64,000 nt of DNA. Source: Octopus sinensis (taxonomy: Eukaryota). Within the stretch, counting starts at the first letter, position 1; the number at the start of each line of letters is the position of its first letter. The notes below the pieces were generated by a model. The model had not been told where the DNA came from. It saw nothing but the letters and a program-made list of their open reading frames with translations, and searched no databases. The translations under genes and the position numbers were made by a program. Below are positions 13,740 to 26,769 of this stretch, piece by piece. The DNA is taken from the NCBI RefSeq assembly GCF_006345805.1, contig NC_043011.1, positions 15,326,464 to 15,390,463 on the forward strand. The letters are read 5' to 3'.

Positions 13740-13978
13740 TATGTATTTCTTTACTACCCACAAGGGGCTAAACGCAGAGGGGACAAATAAGAACAGACAA
13801 ACAGATTAAGTCGATTACATCGACCCCCAATGCGCGACTGGTACTTAATTTATCGACCCCGAAAGGATGAAAGGCAAAGTGGACCTCGGCGGAATTTGAA
13901 CTCAGAACGTAGCAGCAGACGAAATACGGCTACGCATTTCGCCCGGCGTGCTACCGTTTCTGCCAGCTCGCCGCCTTC
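13740..13978 (-). mobile_element. OK-like SINE, full length
   Basis: Homology to 26533-26769. Confidence 0.85.
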
Positions 13979-14896
13979 ATTTTCACGATATTAACGTGGT
14001 AGGTCTTGAAGGTCAGAACCTCAAAAAAATATTTGAATAAACTTTGTATTTATTGCAGAAAATCTTTGTAATTTGTAATGGAATGGTTTGACATTGATGT
14101 CGTCTTCAAGGGCATTAGTCGTAGCGAGTAGTCATTGAAACTAAATGAAAGACAAAGTTAAACGGAAATCTTAAATTACTATGACAGTTTAGAAGTGATT
14201 TGATACTGCGAATTATCTGCCTCGAGACTTCATCAATAGAAAGTCACACCTGCTAAGATCAAATTCATTTCTCATCCAGTATCACATAGAGTATTCTAGT
14301 CGTGCTAAGTAGAATAGAAATTAATATCTTCTGATACTAAGCTAGAGTCATTCCTTCAGAATACAATCATTTACTTATCAAATTGATTGTTTCCAAATAT
14401 AAAATAGTGATGCTATTAGTGTTGTAGAGTTTGCCAACTTTTTGTTTACAAAGTAGATATAGAATAGCAAATAACTTAAAATAATCAACAAGGATGTACT
14501 GTTATCTATGCATTATGTGGTTTGTCCAGAAAATGAGATGAGTCCCACAGAGTGGAGGTAATTTAGTGGTGTTTCGAGTTTTCCGTATAGACTTTGATCC
14601 ACTTTAGAGATATTCTTGTCAATATGTGGTCAGTCTAATATCTATTTACCACATTTAAAAACCCAAAGGCCTCATTCGTTAAGAGTAAAGACAGCGAGAC
14701 TGACACAAGTGCCAAATTTTAGATGTTTAAATGTGACACACAATTTTTTAAAAGTTGAATTCCCAGCTGGTGGTTGATAAAACAGTAATCAATTATATAC
14801 AAAAGCTAAGGCGAGTACCATGAAGTTAAGATGCAAGTTAGCACGGAGTCTTATTCACAGCAGTTTCGTTTGTCAGTTGAAACAATTTCACTTTAC

Positions 14897-14955
14897 CAGT
14901 CTTTCTAATGCTACCAACAAAGATATGGCTATTATATCTTCCCATTTCTTCTCAC
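14897..14955 (-). other. Candidate small exon, minus strand
   Basis: CTCCTTTATTTATAG|GTGAG...CTG|GTAAAG; open frame (G)EKKWEDIIAISLLVALERL. No recognised homology. Confidence 0.2.
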
Positions 14956-16810
14956 CTATAAATAAAGGAGCTCACGTTTAAGCAGAAGAAATCAATACTA
15001 TACAAGAGCCACGCTGATCGACTAGAAACCCCTCTTCTTGCAAATGATGGTTTTGTGACTTGGCAAAAGAGATTGCTATTTGATAAATTGTGAATGGGTG
15101 AATATAAAGCGCCCATAATTTCTTCGTTCATGCCTATAATAATGTTAGTAATAGCAGCAGCACGTGATGAAATGCCCATAATTCATTTTTTTTTTGTTTT
15201 TTTTTGTGAGTGGAAATCTTATCTCTGTACTCTGTTTTGTTTCTATTGTGTTGTTTTTTTTTCCTTTCATTCATCTTTTGTTGGTATGTTATGTAGATGT
15301 AAAATCCATTGAAATGAAAATGTTGGATGGGTTTTTCGATCTGTATCAGGTTCTGAACCTCTTTAGGAAGACATTATTTATCCTTTTTCTTTTTAAATGT
15401 CATTTTGTTTGTATTTTGGTTTTGATCATGCTAAGCGAACGATATTTTTTTTAAACATCAATCGTTGAATGTTTTTGCAGACCGCTGTGTAATTATATTT
15501 TCTATGATATTCTGATACAATGTATATTTATAGTGTTTTATCAATCATAGGGTTAAGCCAAATAGTCTAAACATAATGTTGTGAACTAGAAGCCTCTTAG
15601 AACATTTCCATTGCTGCAATGAAAGTTTCTAAATAATTCAATTTGTTCTAAAAACCGAGTATGATGTATGAACAATTGATTTTGTCGTTAGTGTGTCTGG
15701 AGTTGTCTAAAAGACTCTAGGGAAAGAAAATAAACTTTTCTTTTGAAATAAAAGAAAACAATTGATATGTCTTTCACTGAAGTTTCTGGATTTCTGATTA
15801 ATTACTACTTAAGCGAAAACAGTAAATTACATTGTTAAGGAGGAGCTTAATTCTTGAATGTTCTGCAAAAGCTGAAGAGTTATCAGTTCTTTATGTTTTT
15901 AACGAGGACATTATTTCATACTAAATCTTCGCAAGACATCTTTCGTTGTACTAAACCTACTGAAATTGAATTGGCAGAGTTTTGTTCTGAAAATACCTTA
16001 AAATATATCATTGCTAACAATTTTCACCCAGCTTCACTTTTGTCTGTTCTTTGAACATTGTAAATTGCCATATATCACGTTTTACTCGTCAGAGATAAAA
16101 TATTCAGAAAGGAAAGCAAGTCGCCAACAAAAAAAAAAAAAACAACAACAAAAAACAAAACAAAAAAAAATAAAAAACTAGCTATAGTAACACCATTTTT
16201 GCATTAACCACAACCAGAACATCGTTGTGTTTATCATAAAGCAGCAACATATAACAAACAAAGCATCCACACTAAGCCATCACTAGCTCACTTAACCTAA
16301 CTATAGAATAGGCTCAGTGAGTAGGTAATAGTTGCTATTGCAGCAAGCAGGTTACTGTGTAACTGACCATTTTGTACTTGACTAGTTTTAACTTTATGAT
16401 GTTCTAGGAGACGGTGGATGTTATAGTATCCGACTTTTAATGTCATGCCTTATTTAGTTACGTCCTGAGTTCAATCTCCACGCGCAACTTCTATTCATTG
16501 TACTTATTTAGCAGTGGATCGATTCGAATCGACGTCAACGCTAATCCAAAACTGTTGGCGTTGCCCCAATGTAGTGATTATTTGAGTGAATATGAAAGAA
16601 CTAAATGTAGGGTGGATACTGAATCTGGGTTACGGCTGAATCGACCCAGGTACAATATTATTTTATCGAGTCCAGAATTTGACCATATCAAGATCTGAAT
16701 TCGGAATGAAAGGAACCGGGAAAAAGTTTTACAGTATTTTTCTAACGGACCAAATGATTCTACTGAGCCACCACTTTTGATGTATATAAAACACGGAAAC
16801 TTACTTGTAC

Positions 16811-17050
16811 TACAACATAATACATCGCGGCTCACCTATCGCGGTTTACCTATCGCGGTTTATAATTCAAGCTTACGTCGATTCCTCTCTGGTGTTGTTT
16901 TGCATTTATAATAAAATAAATATATACAAATTATAAATATATATATATATATATATATATACAATACACTACTGTTTCTACTTCGCGGATTTTCTCCTAC
17001 CGCGGGGTGTTTTGGAACGTAACACCCGCGATAGTCGAGGGATTACTGTA
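16811..17050. mobile_element. Tigger/pogo-type MITE
   Basis: Right end CCCGCGATAGTCGAGGGATTACTG-TA; left CCTATCGCGG repeats complementary to CCGCGATAG. Confidence 0.7.
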
Positions 17051-17099
17051 AACGCCGTGTTACAAAATAAAACTTACGAGTACGGATTTCAGCACCACC

Positions 17100-17121
17100 G
17101 CCGCCACCCCTACTACTACTA

Positions 17122-17184
<63 letters not shown>

Positions 17185-17187
17185 TTG

Positions 17188-17238
<51 letters not shown>

Positions 17239-17240
17239 TA
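17100..17240. repeat. Compound (CTA)n(CTG)n(CTA)n microsatellite
   Basis: Direct reading. Confidence 0.95.
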
Positions 17241-17965
17241 GCAATATCCCGACCACCAGCACAACAACAAAATTAAATGGAATTGATGATCAGTATCCAG
17301 TTGTTCGGTGGAGTGAATAACCTAATCACTGAAGTAGATTGTATGTGGTGGAGTATTCCACAGTCACGCGTAGCCTTAACATAAATCAAATGCAGGAACT
17401 ACTATTATAACATAAAAATTACATTTAGATAATTTTTGTGTAAATAGGGTCCAAGAAAAGTAAATTTCGCTCCCGTCGGCTTCGACGTGGACGTTGCTGA
17501 TATTGACATGTAGGTCGCTGATGTAGGATAGATAGGGTTTTGTTGCATATAACCCTTTTAGGGAAAACTAGAGATGAAATGGAACACTCGATTTGATCAA
17601 GTCAGAAAGAACCGTGACATAGATTGTAATATTGTTACCTAGGAAAAAAAAAAAAGCTTATGTTGTAAGAGACAACATACGAATGAAGTTTATTGGTAGT
17701 CATTTTGAAAAGAAGATTCAGGACAAATGCACCAAAATTGTTTTCACTAAGAAGTGCGGCAGCAGAATGACATATGTGAGTACGTCTCGTGTAGGTCTGG
17801 CTTTACTAAAGCCGATCTGAAGGTCCGTGTGGAGGAAGTGGGACTCAATATATTGTAGAAGGTGTTTCTTAACGCCTTTCTCCTTTCTCTCGGCCGATGG
17901 GAGATGGAGTCCAAAACGTTTCCTATCAATCAATCCATCCATCCATACATACATACATATATAGT

Positions 17966-18275
17966 GGAGGCACATGGCCTAGTGGTTAGAGCAGCGGACT
18001 TGCGGTCGATGGATTGCGGGTTTGAATCTCAGACCGAGCGATGTGTGTGTTTATGAACGAAACACGTAAGCTCCACGCGGCTCCGACAGAAGGTAATGGC
18101 AAAACTTCTGCTGACTCTTTCGCCACAACTTTCTCTCACTCATTCTTCCTGCATCTTGCAGCTCACCTGCGACGGACCGGCGTCACGTCCAGGTGGGGAA
18201 CCTATACGCCAAGGAAACCGGGAAACCGGCCCTTATGAGCCAGGCATGGCTCGAGAAGGAACAAACAAACAAACA
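17966..18275 (+). mobile_element. tRNA-derived SINE with V-domain-like centre
   Basis: A box TGGCCTAGTGG, B box GGTTTGAATC; CCTGCGACGGACCGGCGTCACGTCCAGG resembles the V-SINE domain; (ACAA)/(ACAT)n tail. Confidence 0.7.
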
Positions 18276-19199
18276 TACATACATACATACATACATACAT
18301 ACATACATAAATGCATACATACATACATACATTCATTCATACATATATACATACATACATACATACATACATACATACATACATAAATGCATACATACAT
18401 ACATACATACATATATACATACATCGCCTAAAACAATGGTATCAATGCCTTGGTAGCTGTCTGAGATGGGTTGTGAGACAAAACATGTCTTACAAAGGAT
18501 AAAAATGACGTAACTTCAATCAATATATATATATTCATCGTACCAAAACGTCCAGCGGAGAGCCAATGGGGCTTAGTGTGTGGCTAATATGGTAATTGTA
18601 TAAATAAAATCACTACTAACACTAAACTGTTGCTAACGCAATATTAAAACAAAACTGTACGATTTTAACAGGTAACATACCACTCCCTCTGTTAGAAATC
18701 GCAGGCAAAATCTCCCTCAAATTACACATCCTTGTTCTCGTCTGAAACACCTCTGATTTACTAATACTGGACTGGGTTAACCAGCAACAACGTCGTAAAC
18801 AATCTTTCGTATGACTATGACTATAGCTACTACTATATACCTATTATGTAACTAGGTGTGCTTCGAGTATAATAATACGATATTTACAAATGAATAATTT
18901 ATTTCGAGACTAAATTTAACTATAACAAACAAATTCGGTGAAATTATACATTATATATTCTTATATATTAGTAACTAAACAGCAGCGGCTAATTTGTGTC
19001 AAATGCATTACAGGTTATTGACCTTTTATTAATGATGATAAACTACATGTAGACGAAACTCCTCTTTCAAGCCGTCTTGAAATTTTCAAATAATGTTTGA
19101 AGATTGGTACAGGATTTGAAATTGGAGAGTTATCCTAATACACATACGTACATACATACATGCGCACACACACATTCATATCGATATATATATATATAT

Positions 19200-19238
<39 letters not shown>

Positions 19239-19373
19239 TGATATGTATATATATATATATATATAGTGGTCGTATACTGTCAGCTCAACTGACAGTCCCG
19301 TAAGGGATTTACACCACCGCCATTTAGCCCTAGGAAACAACGTCTCCTGTCGCTGAGATATTTAGAAATTCAA

Positions 19374-19439
<66 letters not shown>

Positions 19440-19839
19440 TATTAATATATATCTTATACCTCTTATCCTTTACTTGTTTCAGTCATTAGACTGTGACCAT
19501 GCTGGAGCAAGATATATACATATTAATATTAATGTTTATCAGAAGCATAGAGTGAATCAAGGGCCGAGAGTTTGGTGTGATAGAACTAATGAAACTAGTT
19601 ACAAATGGAGGTGGTATAAATTCACATACTTGTGATAGTGGTATTTCCTGGGATACTTCTGTGTGCGCGCGCACATATGTGAATACATAATCATGCATGT
19701 ACAAGTGTGTATGTATATATATGTATAATGTGTGTGTAATTATGCACAAATTTTTATTATTCATTTCTTTCTTTCCCTCTTCTTTATTTATTTATTGAAC
19801 AACATAACGGGCAAACTATTTGAAATATATGAATTAGCT

Positions 19840-20560
19840 ACGCGACATTGCAATTGTTTTATACCAGGATTTCCAACTGAGGTTGATGTCAAACTCCTTT
19901 TGACAGAACTTGAAAAAGATAATGCAACTTCAGTTGATGAATTGGCAAGCAAGCTTCGTTCAAGCGATACAACTGTTCACCGCCATCTTCAACAGCTTGG
20001 AAAGGTCCCAAGACACGGAAAATTGGAGTCTCATGATTTGTCTGATGCCAACCGAAAATCTCAAGTGGACGTCTGCTCTTCTCTTCATTCTCGTGAACTC
20101 ATCTGACCCTTTTCGGACAAACTGGTAACCGGTAATGAAAAACGGGTCCTTTAACAAAATGCTAACCGTCCTTGATATTGACCTAGTGAAGGAGGAAAGA
20201 CCCAATCAAGCCGAAAAAGGAACTTCCTGCGAAGAAGGGTTTTCTCTTTGTTCGGTGGGATTGCAAAGGAGTGATCCATTTTGAGTTGCTACCTACTTAC
20301 GCAACAGTCAATACTCATATCTACTGTAAGAAATCAGAGCGTTTGAACGCTACTTTAAAGAATAAAGGTCTGCTTTAATGAATTGAAAAGGAGTGGTGTT
20401 TCATCAGGACAATGCAAAACCCCACACTGCAAAGAGCACGTCACGAAAGATCGAGAACCTTGCTGGGAGAAAATTGCTCATCCACCTTATTCCCCGGACC
20501 TTGCTCTTTCAGATTGATTATCATTTAAGATTTGATCACTCATTTTCCTTATTTAAAATC
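19840..20560 (+). pseudogene. Mariner (DD34D) transposase remnant
   Basis: TTVHRHLQQLGKV...SHDLS (WVPHEL relic), LVTGNEK (VTGDEKW), VFHQDNAKPHTA, HPPYSPDLA; stops and frameshifts. Confidence 0.9.
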
Positions 20561-21091
20561 CGGACATTAATTATGGGATGCACTCACACATACACACACA
20601 CTTACACACAATCACACACACCCGTACACAATAACAATGATCCTTGGATGGAATTTATAAGCACTTAACGCTTCGCTACGCGCGTTTCCACACATCACAT
20701 GTATCTCAAAATCACAGTTCGTATTCTTGGGATGATTACTGTGCAGTCCATAGTATCGGTGGACGTCAGGTTGATCATCTTCATGGATTCATTTTCTCAG
20801 GCGATATAACATTAGCGGATGTACAAGAGGGGGATGCTTATCCCTTTGTTGTAATTATTCCAGGAATACGAACTGTGATCTTAAAAGGCATGCGATTTGC
20901 CGAAACGGTTGTTGTGATGCATTAAGTGTTTATAAATTCCAAAGAAGGATTATTGTTATTGTTATTATATTTATCCTACATTACATCGGTGCAGCTCGAT
21001 ACAACCTCGAAAAACCGGTTCACCAGTCAACATTTCACTGTGGGCGGCATAATAGAATTGGAAATTCATTTGCATATTCAAAACGTTTCCC

Positions 21092-21122
<31 letters not shown>

Positions 21123-22154
21123 TGTATGTATGTATGTATGAATGTATGTATGCATGTATGTATGTATGTATGTATGAGTGTATGTATTTATGCATGTATG
21201 TATGTATGTATGTATGTATGTTTGTATGTATGTAATTATGCATGTATGTATGTGTGTATGTATGTATGTATGCATGTATGTGTGTGTGTATGTATGTATA
21301 TATGTATGTATATATATGTATATATATATATATATATATATAGTTTTCCATATGTTTTAGAAAACTGTCATCAAACAAAATGTAAAATTATTCATTGTCC
21401 TAAATAAGACAGTGTAATATAATTCTGTTCAGTTTTCTTGGCGTAAGTAGTTTAATAGCCCGAAGTGGTCGTGGCAGGTGTCAGTATAAACTGCTATGCG
21501 GTAAACTGGCTTCCTCGGAATGCCGAGTTGTGGCAATAAAAATATAATTGATTAAGCGATGATATCTTATTATTAACACCTCTAGTCTGGACTCTCACAA
21601 CATTAAAAAATATTTGGGGAGGAAAGATTAAGAGATGGGGGTGGGAAATAAATTATGCATAAAAAAAGAGAACATAAATGAAAAAAATGGGTGTGGATAT
21701 GCCTGTAGAGAACAGACTGTGCGTATGTGGACACTAATTTTAAATGTATATTTGATACAGTAAGTAGTAAAGGGGATATACAATTTTTATTCGTTGTACT
21801 GAATTTTAAGAAAAAATAACTGTTTTGTAAGAGGAATTTTTCAGAAACAGAAACAAGAAACGTAAAAACAGCTGCAATATCAAACAACTTCAAAGAGCTT
21901 CTTAATTGTAGAGAAGAATTATTCGTTTGGTGATTGTTATTAAACAATTGATACTTAGGAACATGTTTACAAGCTGATACAAATTCAGATCTTCTGTACG
22001 TCAAAGATCCAACACAGCTGGATTTATTTTACGTAGTCTTGTCTCTCCCTCAAATTGAAAATAACTGGCAAATAGCTACTGCGTTTCCTGCAAAGGTAAA
22101 ATGACAACCAGGACTGATAAAGATGAGTATTAAAACTATGTTGTTTTATTCCAG

Positions 22155-23059
22155 CATATAGATGCGGTCTAGAATTGTCCATCTATTACGATCTTCAGGT
22201 AACTTTGCTAGATATTTAATGTAAGTAATAATTTCATATGTCGCAATGATATTTAGACATAAAATCTGAATTAATTATATTAGGCTATCACATTTTACAT
22301 GCTACGTAACTAACCTTCAAAGTTTTATTAATGATTTTATTATATTTATAGTTTTCTAGAAAGTGAAGGGAAATTAAATTACTGAAGTTTCGGTTATGTT
22401 TATGCTCACTCCTGCATTATACTCTGGATCGTGTGACATATATTTCTGTCTCCTTCGTTCATAATTTTGAATGTTAGAGGCTGGTAGATACATTTTCTTT
22501 GATAATTCACTGATCAGAGTAATGAAGTTGTAATTATGAGAGGTACTGTTAAATGTGGTTCCTTCTGAAGATAGCGACGAAATACATGTGCTAGATAAAT
22601 GGTTAGTATTGTTATTTGCACAGAATAAGCTTTCATTGTATTCATGGTGAGAACTAAATTTATTTGCTTCTAAATTCAAAGTAATGTCTACAATATAACT
22701 ATAGTGGGATTATTATCCAATGTATATCCATTTCAAACTTTATTAGCTCTTTGCAAAATCTATCTAATTCATGTCCACACTACATTTGTAATAAGTTCAT
22801 TGTCTCTGTACATTCTTCCTCTTACTAAAGAAACTTTTGCCGCCAAAGGCATGAGATTAAATTTCTACTATTTCGTACAACTGAACAATGTCGTATATGT
22901 CATGGTAGCATCAAATATTCATCGCCGTTTCTCTTTATATTTAGGCTGAAATAACAAAATTTAACGAGAAAACGAAAACAAAATGGATTTTATCGCAAGC
23001 GGTTTTGTATTATTAATACCGGATTTGCTAATCGATACGATTATATTTGTGAAGACTAA
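22155..23059 (+). other. Candidate pair of small exons of an unidentified gene (22155-22198 and 22946-23059)
   Basis: TTGTTTTATTCCAG|...CAG|GTAACT and TTTCTCTTTATATTTAG|GCT...TAA; phases compatible (YRCGLELSIYYDLQ + AEITKF...YDYICED*). No recognised homology. Confidence 0.25.
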
Positions 23060-23546
23060 AGATTTCAGAAAAGTAAAGATTAGCAATGTCAAATTAAGTA
23101 AAGTGTACGCTGTTGTTAGCTGTGGACTCAGAAAACCATTCGGATACGTTCGTCTTTTAGAAATGGATGCGCTCGTACATGTTACTTCAAGAATAACTGC
23201 TTCTGGAATTCCTAAATATGCATAATTCAGGTTTCTGGGGTTTAATTTCTCTATATTTTTGTTAGCCAATGGAGTCTAAATTGAGGTACTTTAGTCACTA
23301 TTTTCCAAGTCATGGTGTAGAGTTCAGGTCTAACATCTATATGGAGTTTAGTGGGAATATATTCGAGTTGTGTATGACTTAGTTATAGATAGCTTTAGAT
23401 TTGTGAGTGATACTTGATAAAAGAGGGGTTTGGAGACAAAGTTTCCGCTGTTATATATATATATATATTTCAAATTTACAGAAAAACAAAACACGAAGAC
23501 AGGTTTATGATCAACAATCAGGTATAACAGTTTGATTCAAATTCGT

Positions 23547-23587
23547 TGGTACTCTTGAGTTTCAAGCGTGATGCTAGTCGTCAGCCA
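23547..23587 (-). ncRNA. Hammerhead-like motif, imperfect stem II
   Basis: Minus strand: UGG-CUGACGA-CUAGC(AUCAC)GCUU-GAAA-CUC-AA-GAG-UA-CCA; stem III ACUC/GAGU, GUA triplet. Confidence 0.5.
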
Positions 23588-24299
23588 TTTTGAATTCGAA
23601 TGACAGAAGTTGATTGTTATTACCGTAAAGTGAACTGCGAATGATCGAGGAAGGTCACGAGGTGTCGTGGTTTGATGTTGGTATATGGATAACTGTTAGT
23701 TGGAAAATACCGCATGGTGAACAGGAAATTGACCACATGGAGGACAGGAAATAGACCACGTAGGGGGTCAGGAAATCAGTTAGGTTGTTGGGGAAGTAAG
23801 TAGAGGCGGCATGTGCAAGAATATAGTTCTGTATGTGGGTATCTAGACGCTCTCATAAGGTTTTGAGCGCATGTGTGCATTGACGCGAGTGTACGTATCT
23901 GTATATAGGCTCGCACGCACACGTCTATACACACACGCGCACACACACACATACATACACTTGGACGGATATGCGCGCATGCCAACACGCACACATGCAC
24001 ACACATACATGCACGCACACACGCATATGCGTATTCATTCATATGTACATATGCATATTTGAATACATGTATGCATTTATAACAATATATATAATAGAGA
24101 TAAGTTTCAAAGAAAGAAGACTACACGTGGTATAAATAGGGGAAAAGTAAAAAGAAAATCGAGAAAATGCACATTAGATATAAAAAATAAAAGCTTTTTT
24201 AAGAAAAGCAAAGATATATACATACAATTAGTTTATTTGATGTGGAATTATGAAGTATAAAATTCATTATTATGAATCAATATAGAATTTTAAAATCAT

Positions 24300-25880
24300 A
24301 TCGGTATCGCCAGAGCTGATCACTGACTTTGAATGAACACCGATTTCCAAACGCTCTTGGGTCTAATAGTATCTGAGTGAAAAGATTACATGCAAGGGAG
24401 GTAAGCTGTTCTGGAAGAGATGCAGTTAAGGTGGATATAAATACTGGAATAAGAATGCTCTATGGGATGTATGGAGATTAGTGGGAATTATTTGTATTGG
24501 TAAGGTTAGTAGTGTCCTGTATTAAGTTGTGTATTCATGTTGAGTTGTTGATGATATTTATTAATGAAAGTTGCCTCTTTAATCTCTGCTGTACTGAGGT
24601 GTTCTGTGAACATTGATAAAAAAGGGAATAATTAGGAGTTCGGTTTAAGGCTCCTAGCACATCTTTTTGTATGCTCACTGACCTGTATCTGTCTATATTG
24701 TGGATAGCGGATTTGTACTTTGTGAAGAATTGTTCTTCGTCGGAGTGACATTCCTGTTTAACCTATATAGTGATTTCCGCACCCTAAGCAGGTAATAGCA
24801 TAACTTGAGTTTCCAGAGGCATAGGTGAAATTTGATTTTGTCTTAAATATTTCACCCTGTCTGAAGTGAAACTCTGTACCCTCCAAAAGGTGGGGGCACG
24901 TGCCACACTTAGGACGCCCACATTTTTACACTTTTGGTTCCGTTGTTAATGGATATAGTCTCGCGCTGGTTAACAACTTTTCAATGATATCGGTTGCATT
25001 TTACTCTTGATAATGTTCTGCGAGATTAGAATTTTGTTCATTGTTTTAACTCCAGTGAGAATGGGTAGATTTGGATGATGATGTTGAAGGCCTCATTGTT
25101 TTTAGGATTGTGTGTGGAGATGTAGGGAGTATTTTAGACCTGGTGTAGTATTTTGGTTACCTTCATTTAATGTTTATATATCTATTTCCTTCGCTCGTTT
25201 AATCCCGTCATTTAGTAATGATGTTGTGTAATGTCTCCTGATTCTTCGTTCACGAGTATTGGCATCTGAAACTATAGTACAGATTATTTTCTCTACATTA
25301 TAAGGTATATTAATTTTTATGTGTTTGGGGTGGCCTGAGTTGAATAATAGGTATTGTTTTGAATCTGTGAGTTTATAAAAGATATCTATTTCGATGTGAT
25401 TATTGACTATTTTAATTAGGATGTCAAGAAAAGGAAGTTGTTTATTACTGTGTTCCATGGAGAATTGCATGTTGCTATTGGTATTGTTGAGCATTATTTT
25501 GAAATCGAGGAGTTTGTCCATCTTTCCAAAGTATAAATCAATCCTCTAAGTACCTCTTCAGTTCTCCTTTAAATAGCAATCAAATGAGGTACCATATTTC
25601 TGTGAGTTATAGCGCTCAATCTTCTCATAGTAAATATTGTTTTCAACATGGAGAGTATTAAAGTTTTAGAATATTCTGAGTCCATCAGGACTACCGCACT
25701 TCCTTTATCGGCTTCTTTAATGGTGAGGTTCATACCGTTTTTTAATTCCATCAGGTTTTTTCCTAAAGGGAGATCATTTATTTTACAGCGGGCTGGAAAA
25801 TACATAATAGTACCAGTAGCATACGGCTTTATCCTCCAAATGATATCTAACTTATTTATAAGCAATGCAACATATGTGTG
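24300..25880 (-). mobile_element. Decayed, internally deleted Penelope-like element (RT + GIY-YIG)
   Basis: TIKEADKGSAVVLMD; RYLED (YxDD relic); FSMEHSNKQLPFLDI...YKLTDSKQYLLFNSGHP; KCGRPKCG zinc linker near 24920; YAITC and YIG*TG of GIY-YIG near 24800-24760. Confidence 0.9.
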
Positions 25881-26129
25881 GTTTCAAACGTAATTGGCCC
25901 ATATTCTGTGGCTCATAAACATTGATAACTGATTGTGCTTCACACACACACACACATACACATACACACACACACACACGCACGCACACACACACACATA
26001 CACACAGAAACACACACACACACACACACACACAAAGCATAGCAAAAGTACGCTTTTGTCTTACTCTACAAAATCCGGAAACTCACAAACAAATCCTATT
26101 CAGAAAAGAGGAACCGGCAGAATATGAAA

Positions 26130-26395
26130 ACCTAGATCAAGAGAAGGAAGTGGGTTCAGTGGGAGACGCCCCACGGAAATCTGTTTCGAACCTGACGAGG
26201 CGATCTCGCCTATGGACAGCCTTAGAGAGATGAAAGTGTGGCAGACCAAAAGCATGATGGAGAAAGTTCACAGAAGTTGAAGCACCAGCAGGCAACTACA
26301 TCTTGTGATAACTGCAATTCGTTGCCAAATATCGAGACGAATGGAAATCACTTGTTAGTGCCGTATGCCCAACACGAAGTCAAAAGAATTAACAA
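26130..26395 (+). mobile_element. RTE-clade LINE 3' fragment
   Basis: Frameshifted KWVQ...GRPK...RDEWKSLVSAVCPTR, matching the RTE C-terminus. Confidence 0.6.
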
Positions 26396-26532
26396 ACTCT
26401 GAAAGAGCCAAACAAGTTTAATCTTCCAGTAAATATATTTTATTTCGTGAAATAAAATACCCTTCACATATTTCTCGTTTATTGATACCGGAATTTAAAC
26501 TACTAAATGCAGAATAGAAACTAGTAAATTAA

Positions 26533-26769
26533 GGCGGCGAGCTGGCAGAAGCGTTAGCATGCCGGGCGAAACGCTTAGCGTTATTTCATCTGCCGCTACA
26601 TTCTGAGTTCAAATTCCGCCGAGGTCGACTTTGCCTTTCATCATTTCGGGGTCGATTAAATAAGTACCAGTTACGCGCTGGGGTCGATATAATCGACTTA
26701 ATCTGTTTGTCTGTCCTTATTTGTCCTCTCTTTGTGTAGCCGCTTGTGGGCAGTAAAGAAATAAGAAAC
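26533..26769 (+). mobile_element. OK-like SINE, full length
   Basis: GGCGGCGAGCTGGCAGAA...GAGTTCAAATTCC...GCCTTTCATCATTTCGGGGTCG...AGTAAAGAAATA. Confidence 0.85.

Noticed and set aside
19275-19312. Hairpins CTGTCAG/CTGACAG and TCCC-GTAA-GGGA resembling an HHR
   Set aside because: No CUGANGA...GAAA core on either strand.
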